Assembly: GCA_051859245.1 (NCBI GenBank)
Contig: JBHYGA010000005.1
Coordinates: forward strand, 763,537-827,536
DNA length: 64,000 nt
Direction of reading: 5' to 3'
Origin: Gemmatimonadaceae bacterium
GTDB lineage: Bacteria; Gemmatimonadota; Gemmatimonadetes; Gemmatimonadales; Gemmatimonadaceae
Shown here: positions 57,347 to 64,000 of the stretch, in pieces
How the letters are laid out: each line of letters opens with the position of its first letter
How positions within the stretch are numbered: position 1 is the stretch's first letter
Notes under the pieces: generated by a model
What the model was told of the DNA's origin: nothing
Seen by the model: the letters and a program-made list of their open reading frames with translations, nothing else
Database searches by the model: none
Position numbers and translations under genes: made by a program

Positions 57347-58396
57347 TTGGTCAAGCATACCGCGACCTCCGTTGTTACGATCGAACGATTCATCATCGAG
57401 GAGGAGCGCAATTTCCCCGACGCGACCGGTGAGCTGTCGGGCATTCTGTACGATATGGCCTTGGCCGCCAAGATGATTGCCAATAAGGTGCGCAGCGCCG
57501 GACTGGCAGACATTCTGGGGTCGGCCGGCGCCGAAAATGTCCAGGGCGAGATCCAGCAGAAGCTCGACGTGATTTCAAATGAAATCATCGTGAAGGCGTT
57601 CGATCATGGCGGTCGGCTGTGCGCTATGGCCTCGGAAGAAGAGCCGGGAATTATTCAAATTCCGGAGGGGTTCCGCACAGGTAAGTACGTCATGTTGTTC
57701 GATCCGCTCGACGGCTCGAGCAACATCGATGTGAATGTACCCGTGGGCACCATCTTCTCGGTGTACAAAAAAATCACGCGCGGTCCGCGTGGCGAAATGG
57801 AAGACATGCTGCAGCCCGGACGGCGCCAGGTGGCGGCGGGCTACATCATTTACGGTTCCAGTACGATGCTTGTGTACACCACCGGACAGGGCGCGCACGG
57901 CTTTACGCTCGATCCGTCCATTGGTGAGTTCCTCCTGTCGCATCCGCACATTCGCATTCCGAACTCCGGCCGGTATCTGTCGGTGAACGATGCGTACGAA
58001 CAAGACTGGCCCGAGCACACGCGGGCGTTGATGCGCCGATATCGCGGTCTCGATGGCGAGCGCAAGTCGCTCAACGTGCGATACGTGGGTTCGCTTGTGG
58101 CCGACTTCCATCGGAATCTGCTCGGTGGCGGTGTGTTTGCGTATCCGAGCAATACCAAATCACCGCGCGGTAAACTCCGACTGCTCTACGAAGCGAATCC
58201 GCTGGCATTCATTGTAGAACAGGCAGGCGGACTCGCCACAGACGGTGTGCGTCGCATCCTCGATGTGGATCCGACCGATCTGCATCAGCGTACGCCGCTC
58301 TACATTGGCAGCAAGGCCGAAGTGGAAACGGTGAAAGAGTTCATCGGGCCGCATGACGAAGCCCCTCGTCGCCGACGAGAAGACGGCGACGCATAG
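57347..58396 (+). CDS. fbp: class 1 fructose-1,6-bisphosphatase
   Basis: [55 protein letters not shown]. Confidence 0.97.
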   Translation: MVKHTATSVVTIERFIIEEERNFPDATGELSGILYDMALAAKMIANKVRSAGLADILGSAGAENVQGEIQQKLDVISNEIIVKAFDHGGRLCAMASEEEPGIIQIPEGFRTGKYVMLFDPLDGSSNIDVNVPVGTIFSVYKKITRGPRGEMEDMLQPGRRQVAAGYIIYGSSTMLVYTTGQGAHGFTLDPSIGEFLLSHPHIRIPNSGRYLSVNDAYEQDWPEHTRALMRRYRGLDGERKSLNVRYVGSLVADFHRNLLGGGVFAYPSNTKSPRGKLRLLYEANPLAFIVEQAGGLATDGVRRILDVDPTDLHQRTPLYIGSKAEVETVKEFIGPHDEAPRRRREDGDA

Positions 58397-58418
58397 TTTC
58401 AGGAAGCGCGCGGCCAGC

Positions 58419-61400
58419 TCACACAGTGAGGCTGGCCGCGTTGGTTTTGTCAGACGACGTGTGCAACAGCGCATCAAGACGCGCGCTCCACGTGGCGCGA
58501 ATCGAGGACACATGCTCGGCCGCGCCTCGCGGCTGCACCTTTCGCCACTGCATGCGCGTGCGCGCCCATCCATCAAGCAGTGCGCGGGCGCGCGGACTGG
58601 CGGTGCGCACACGATGTAGTGCGAGCAATCGCTGCACGAGTGCTTCGTCATGCTCATCCAGATCGGCCAACAGCACCAGATCATGGTTGGTGCGACTGGG
58701 CAAGCGACCAGATTCGTCGAGCACGTAGGCCACGCCGTTTGACATGCCCGCTCCAAAGTTGCGCCCCGTGCGACCAAGCACGGCCACCACGCCACCCGTC
58801 ATGTACTCACAGGCGTGATTGCCCACACCTTCAACCACGGCACATGCGCCGGAGTTGCGCACCGCAAATCGATCGCCCGCCTGACCTGCGGCGAGCAACA
58901 CCCCATCGGTGGCGCCGTACAGCACCGTATTGCCAACGATCATGTTGAGATGACTGGCCCCGCCGTATCGCGCATTGCGGAACGGACGAATGGTGACTTC
59001 ACCACCCGTGAGTCCTTTGGCGACGTAATCGTTGGCCTCGCCCTCCAGCTCGACGTGCATACCACGTATTGCGAAGGCCGCAAAACTCTGGCCGGCGCTT
59101 CCCGTGCAGCGAAGCATCACGCGCCCCGGTTCGAATCCCGCGTCGCCTTTGTGCTCGGCAATCCAGCCCGCAACACGCGCGCCAACCGCGAGATGGTGAT
59201 TGCGTACGACGTAGGAACCACTAAACGGCGCACCCGACGCGAGCGCCTCCGCCGCATCGGTCAGAATCTGTTCGTCAACGGAGACCACATCCGGTCGTAC
59301 GTTACGCGCAATCGTGCGACGTGGCGGCACGCCGTCACGATGCGCCCGCGTGAGCAGGAGCGACAGGTCTAGCATCGCTGATCGCGGCAGCTCGGGATGA
59401 TCAAGCCGTTCGAGAAGATCGGCGCGACCGATCAGCTCGTCGAGTGAACGCACACCAATGGCCGCCATCTGTTCGCGCACATCCTGTGCTACATGCGCGA
59501 AGTAAGAGATCACATGCTCGGGCGATCCACGAAACTTTGCCCGCAACTCTTCACGCTGTGTTGCAATGCCGGTCGGGCAGGAGTTCAGATGACATTGACG
59601 CGCCATGTCACAGCCAAGTGCCACCAACGGTGCGGTGCCAAAACCAAAACTCTCGGCGCCAAGCATGGCGGCAATGATGACGTCACGTCCGGTACGAAAC
59701 CCTCCGTCAACGCGAAGCTCCAGACGATGTCGCAGCCCGTTCTGCACGAGCACATGCTGCGCTTCGGCGAGTCCAAGTTCCCACGGCGAACCGGCGTGTT
59801 TGATGCTGGACAGCGGCGACGCGCCAGTGCCACCTGCGTGGCCCGCAATCAACACGTAGTCCGCGTACGCTTTCGCAACACCGGCGGCGACCGTGCCAAC
59901 ACCGGCCGATGCCACAAGCTTCACGCCAATGCGTGCGCGCGGATTCACCGTCTTGAGATCGTGCACCAGCTGCGCGAGATCTTCAATCGAATAAATGTCG
60001 TGATGCGGCGGCGGTGAAATGAGCGACACGCCAATGGTGGAGTGTCGCAAGCGTGCGATCAGCGCGGTGACCTTGTGCGCCGGAAGCTGCCCGCCTTCAC
60101 CGGGTTTGGCGCCTTGCACAATCTTGATTTCGATTTCATCGGCGCGCACCAGATATCCGGTGGTCACGCCAAAGCGCCCGGACGCCACCTGCTTGATGCG
60201 ACTATCCAGGCGGTCGTCCGTGCTCCCCTCCGTGAGCGGTGTGTACCACGCGGGATCTTCACCGCCTTCACCAGAGTTGCTGCGTGCACCCATGCGGTTC
60301 ATCGCAACCGTTACGGCGCTATGTGCTTCCGGCGACAGCGCACCCAACGACATCGCCGACGAAACAAATCGCGTGAGAATATTCGCGATCGGTTCCACGT
60401 GATCGATGGCGATGGGGGCACCTTCACGCACACGGATCAGATCGCGTAGTGAAATCGCCTCACTGCCGGAGGACGAGGCACGAAAGCTTTGCCACGATTC
60501 GACGTCCGGGCCACCGTCTGTGTTGCGAGCCTTTCGTGCGCTGCCCACGGCTAACTGCAGCGCGCGTACCGACGGTGGCGACCACGCGTGCCGTTCGCCC
60601 TCTTTGCGAAAGCGCACGCGTCCGTGATCAGGAAGCACCAGCTCAGACGACGCATGCGTACCAAACGCAGAGCGATGACGCGCGAGTACGTCTTCGGCGA
60701 TTTCTCGCAACCCAATGCCGCCAACGGGCGACGCAGTACCCGCAAAACAACGGTCAATCACATCGCCACCAAGACCCAGCGCTTCGAACATCTGCGCGCC
60801 GCAATACGAAGACAGCGTGCTGATCCCCATCTTGGCAAGAATCTTGAGCAACCCCTTTTCGAGTGCGGCACGCAGTCGCGACTGCGCCAGCGACGGGCCG
60901 GGGCGATCGGCGCTTTCCTCCTCGCGTCCGTGCGCGACGGTTTCGGAGAAGAGTGTTGCCACCGACTCCATGGCCAGCCATGGAAAGACGGCTTCGGCTC
61001 CGTAACCGAACAGTGTGGCCACGTGATGTTGCTCCACCGCGTCACCCGTTTCGACGACAAGGCCAACCTGCGCACGCAAGCCAATGCGTACCAGATGCTG
61101 ACGCACCGCGCCGAGCGCAAGCAGTGAAGGAATCGGTGCGCGATCGGCGCTGACTTTTCGGTCGCTGATAATCAGCAGTCGCACGCCTTTGCCAATCGCT
61201 GCTTCAGCGCGACGGCACAACGCGTCGAGCACGGAGTCGAGCTCGTCGGCGCGGGACGTTGCCGGCCACGTGGCATCGAGCGTTACCGCCTTGAATCCAG
61301 GCACGGAGCGCAGTGCGGCCATTTCATCGGGAAGCAGTACCGGATGTTCAATACGCAGCTTGCGCGCGAACTCGGCCTTCTCCAGTAACGGCGAACCACG

Positions 61401-63044
61401 CTGGCCAAGGTGCATGCGCAGCGACATCACCATCGACTCACGTAGCGAATCGATCGGTGGATTCGTGACCTGCGCAAATCGCTGGCGGAAAAATGCAAAT
61501 AGCGGATGCGACGCATGTGACAGCACCGCGAGCGGTGAGTCATCGCCCATGCTCCAGACGACTTCCGCGCCGCTGCCGGCCATTGGCTCAAGAATCAATC
61601 GCAGATCTTCGTGGCCGTATCCTAACGCGAGTTGCGTTGCGCGAAGTTGCGCGCTGGAACGCACGAGTGGTTCCGATCCGTCACTGGTAGGCAGTGTGGC
61701 CATGTGATGTGCCAGCCAGCGCGCGTACGGTCGCTGCTCGGCAACTTCGCGCTTGGCGGCGATGTTGCGAACAATACGTTGTCCGGCGGTATCCACCAGC
61801 AGCACACCGCCAGGGCCGACCTTGCCCGTCTCCACGATATCGCGCGCATCGAACGCGCCAATGCCCACCTCGGATCCGGCAACGACCATTCCATCGGCGC
61901 GGATCTTGTACCGGCAGGGACGCAACCCGTTGCGATCAAGTGAAACGGCAACCTGAATGCCGTCGCTGTAGGCGATCGCCGCCGGTCCATCCCACGGCTC
62001 AATCACACACTGGTGGTACTCGTAGAATGCACGAATCGTGGGATCAATATCCGGATATTTTTCCCACGCCTGCGGTACGAGCATCATGGCCGCGTGCACG
62101 GGCGAGCGGCCACCGCGCACCAGCAGTTCGAGCGCGTTGTCCAAACTCGACGAATCACTGCCGTTTGGGCGAATCGGTCGGCGCACGCGTTGCGCCTGAT
62201 CGCCAAACGAAGGTGTCGCAAGTAATCCGTCACGCATCGACATCGCATTGCGATTGCCCCACAACGTATTGATTTCACCGTTGTGCGCGACCATGCGAAA
62301 CGGTTGCGCCAGTTCCCAACGGGGCATGGTGTTGGTCGCGTAACGCTCATGAAACACCGCAATCGCCGTTTCAAATGACGGCTCGCGCAGGTCCGGGAAA
62401 AAGTCGGCGAGTTGCGCGCCCGTAACCAGCCCCTTGTACACAATCGTGCGACACGACAACGAGCAGATGTAAAACGGCTGCAGGCCAAGTGCATCCACGC
62501 GGTGCTCCATCTCTCGACGTGCCAGATAGAGCGCACGTTCCCACGCGTCGTCTGTTGCACCAGCCGGTCGTCCCACGAGCACCTGTCGAATGCTGGGCAT
62601 CGCGTCACGTGCGGAGGGCCCGAGCACGTCCGGGTTCACGGGCACATCGCGCCACCCGAGGCAGGGCAGACCGTCGTCGGCAAGCACGGCCTCAACAATG
62701 CGTTCCGCGTGCGCGCGCGCTTCGATTGCGACAGGCAGAAAGCACATGCCCACGGCGATCGATGCATCCGCAGGCAGATGCAGCCCCTGACGCGAACCTG
62801 CCAGCACAAACAGGCGACGCGGAATCTGCGTCAGGAGTCCCGCGCCGTCGGCCGAGAGATCCGCGCCCTGCGCACCGCGGTGCGCGAGGCGCGCGGCGGC
62901 CGCGAGCGCCAGCTCGACCACCTCGTGTGTGCGCTCACCACTTTGCCTCGCGATGAAACCCACGCCGCAGGCATCGCGGCTGGCGTATGGAGATCCAGCG
63001 TCAGCGTCGTAGAGGCTGACCCGACGAGAGGAGGAATGATGCAT
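58419..63044 (-). CDS. gltB: glutamate synthase large subunit
   Basis: RDA-CGVGF (mature N-terminal Cys), HERYATNT, HNGEINT, EPWDGPA, FAQVTNPPID, NSGEGG, QGAKPGEGG, CDMARQCH...CP (3Fe-4S), CEYMTGG. Start set at ATG 63044. Confidence 0.96.
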   Translation of the reverse strand: MHHSSSRRVSLYDADAGSPYASRDACGVGFIARQSGERTHEVVELALAAAARLAHRGAQGADLSADGAGLLTQIPRRLFVLAGSRQGLHLPADASIAVGMCFLPVAIEARAHAERIVEAVLADDGLPCLGWRDVPVNPDVLGPSARDAMPSIRQVLVGRPAGATDDAWERALYLARREMEHRVDALGLQPFYICSLSCRTIVYKGLVTGAQLADFFPDLREPSFETAIAVFHERYATNTMPRWELAQPFRMVAHNGEINTLWGNRNAMSMRDGLLATPSFGDQAQRVRRPIRPNGSDSSSLDNALELLVRGGRSPVHAAMMLVPQAWEKYPDIDPTIRAFYEYHQCVIEPWDGPAAIAYSDGIQVAVSLDRNGLRPCRYKIRADGMVVAGSEVGIGAFDARDIVETGKVGPGGVLLVDTAGQRIVRNIAAKREVAEQRPYARWLAHHMATLPTSDGSEPLVRSSAQLRATQLALGYGHEDLRLILEPMAGSGAEVVWSMGDDSPLAVLSHASHPLFAFFRQRFAQVTNPPIDSLRESMVMSLRMHLGQRGSPLLEKAEFARKLRIEHPVLLPDEMAALRSVPGFKAVTLDATWPATSRADELDSVLDALCRRAEAAIGKGVRLLIISDRKVSADRAPIPSLLALGAVRQHLVRIGLRAQVGLVVETGDAVEQHHVATLFGYGAEAVFPWLAMESVATLFSETVAHGREEESADRPGPSLAQSRLRAALEKGLLKILAKMGISTLSSYCGAQMFEALGLGGDVIDRCFAGTASPVGGIGLREIAEDVLARHRSAFGTHASSELVLPDHGRVRFRKEGERHAWSPPSVRALQLAVGSARKARNTDGGPDVESWQSFRASSSGSEAISLRDLIRVREGAPIAIDHVEPIANILTRFVSSAMSLGALSPEAHSAVTVAMNRMGARSNSGEGGEDPAWYTPLTEGSTDDRLDSRIKQVASGRFGVTTGYLVRADEIEIKIVQGAKPGEGGQLPAHKVTALIARLRHSTIGVSLISPPPHHDIYSIEDLAQLVHDLKTVNPRARIGVKLVASAGVGTVAAGVAKAYADYVLIAGHAGGTGASPLSSIKHAGSPWELGLAEAQHVLVQNGLRHRLELRVDGGFRTGRDVIIAAMLGAESFGFGTAPLVALGCDMARQCHLNSCPTGIATQREELRAKFRGSPEHVISYFAHVAQDVREQMAAIGVRSLDELIGRADLLERLDHPELPRSAMLDLSLLLTRAHRDGVPPRRTIARNVRPDVVSVDEQILTDAAEALASGAPFSGSYVVRNHHLAVGARVAGWIAEHKGDAGFEPGRVMLRCTGSAGQSFAAFAIRGMHVELEGEANDYVAKGLTGGEVTIRPFRNARYGGASHLNMIVGNTVLYGATDGVLLAAGQAGDRFAVRNSGACAVVEGVGNHACEYMTGGVVAVLGRTGRNFGAGMSNGVAYVLDESGRLPSRTNHDLVLLADLDEHDEALVQRLLALHRVRTASPRARALLDGWARTRMQWRKVQPRGAAEHVSSIRATWSARLDALLHTSSDKTNAASLTV

Positions 63045-63191
63045 GGCGTGCTCGGCGAAGAGTCCATCGTCGTGTGCGTGCGCGGCGCGTCGGTACGCGG
63101 CGTAGCTGCCCATCGCACACTCGGCCTTCGGCGCCCATCCGTCAAGAGTGCGGGTGGCGGATGTTACCGTCGGCGCTCTAGCTTTTATCGC

Positions 63192-64000
63192 ATGACGACC
63201 CGCCGAGACTTCGTTCGCCACGCCGCGCTGGTGTCTGCGGCCTCGTTCACCGTGAGTGTACCGGAGCTTCAGCCGCGTACTTCGGCAATAGCGCCGGGCG
63301 AGCCGCCGCTCTCGCCTCAAGCGGGGGATCCCTCTCTGATCGCCCAGGATGAAACCTACTGGGCGAAGGTCGCTGCGCAGTATCGCGTCACCGATCGCAC
63401 GACCAATCTCGAAGGCGGGTTCTTTGGCATGATGGCCACACCGGTGCTCGAGGCCTACCATCGCCACATCGATCGCGTGAATCGTGAAAGTTCGTACTTT
63501 GCGCGCCGCGAGTATCCGGCCTTGCTCGCCAATGCGCGGGCACGGGTTGCGCAGGCACTCGGTGTTGCGCCGACCGAGATTGCGTTCTCGCGCGGCGCCA
63601 CCGAATCGCTGCAGTCGCTGATCGGTCAGTACAATCGCGTGAACGCTGGTGATACCGTGATGTACGCGGATCTCGACTACAACGCGATGCAGTATGCCAT
63701 GAATGCGTTGGCGGCGCGTCGTGGCGCTACGGTGGCAACGCTGAATTTTCCTGAGCCGGCGTCGGTGCCAGCGATTCTTGCGGCGTATACCGCAGCGTTA
63801 GATGCCCATCCGCGAACAAAGTTGTTGCTGCTCACGCACTGCAACAACAAAACCGGGCTGATTCATCCTGTGCGTGCCATCGCCGATATTGCGCGAGCGC
63901 GTGGCGTGGATGTCATTCTCGACGCTGCCCACTCATTTGGCCAGGTGCCGATTGAGCTCTCTGAACTCGGTGCAGATTTTGTTGGGCTCAACTTGCACAA
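63192..64000 (+). CDS. Tat-signal class V PLP-dependent enzyme (isopenicillin N epimerase/PvdN-like), 3'-truncated; absent from ORF track
   Basis: Manual translation: MTTRRDFVRHAALVSAASF...DETYWAKV...FSRGATESL...LTHCNNKTG...LDAAHSFGQ...DFVGLNLH, running off the window at the PLP Lys codon. TAGCTT lies 7 nt before the ATG. Confidence 0.88.
   Translation, partial: MTTRRDFVRHAALVSAASFTVSVPELQPRTSAIAPGEPPLSPQAGDPSLIAQDETYWAKVAAQYRVTDRTTNLEGGFFGMMATPVLEAYHRHIDRVNRESSYFARREYPALLANARARVAQALGVAPTEIAFSRGATESLQSLIGQYNRVNAGDTVMYADLDYNAMQYAMNALAARRGATVATLNFPEPASVPAILAAYTAALDAHPRTKLLLLTHCNNKTGLIHPVRAIADIARARGVDVILDAAHSFGQVPIELSELGADFVGLNLH

Noticed and set aside
63045..63467. 141-aa N-terminal extension of GltB in the track
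   Set aside because: It overlaps the divergent Tat-PLP gene; GltB needs only a short propeptide before CGVGF.

Overview
GC-rich bacterial chromosome segment. Gene content, gene order and protein style suggest Gemmatimonadota (inference, no database check). Left to right: (1) the 3' part of a tightly coupled operon: DnaA-like AAA+ ATPase lacking the DNA-binding domain IV, DUF4388/TPR protein, cheR, cheD, cheB, two divergent cheW, a TPR protein and an exported HEXXH peptidase. No cheA, cheY or MCP gene lies in the window. (2) A 59-aa membrane protein missed by the ORF track, tRNA-Val(TAC), and a secreted TPR-like protein followed by a 16-bp hairpin. (3) The dcw cluster rsmH-ftsL-ftsI-murE-murF-mraY-murD-ftsW-murG-murC-ftsQ-ftsA-ftsZ, without mraZ, murB or ddl, with an M23 peptidase coupled to ftsZ, then a vWA-like membrane protein, ftsY and recG. 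(4) A 165-bp inverted-repeat element built from CTCTGCGC octamers. (5) A minus-strand TolC-MFP-RND-PII-like-DUF2892 operon divergent from a CHASE/PAS hybrid kinase. (6) asnS, mazG, alr-deoB-cdd, a lipoprotein plus FadL/PorV-like barrel, a 4-PAS hybrid kinase, miaB, a lipoprotein, comEC, a small zincin, fbp, gltB, and a Tat-signal class V PLP enzyme cut by the window end. The best candidate for an undescribed system is the DnaA-like/DUF4388-TPR/Che module; its upstream half is outside the window. Several start codons have a -10-like box only 6-8 nt upstream, suggesting frequent leaderless mRNAs. No CRISPR array, rRNA, transposase, integrase or prophage gene was seen. All family assignments are from motif recognition by eye.
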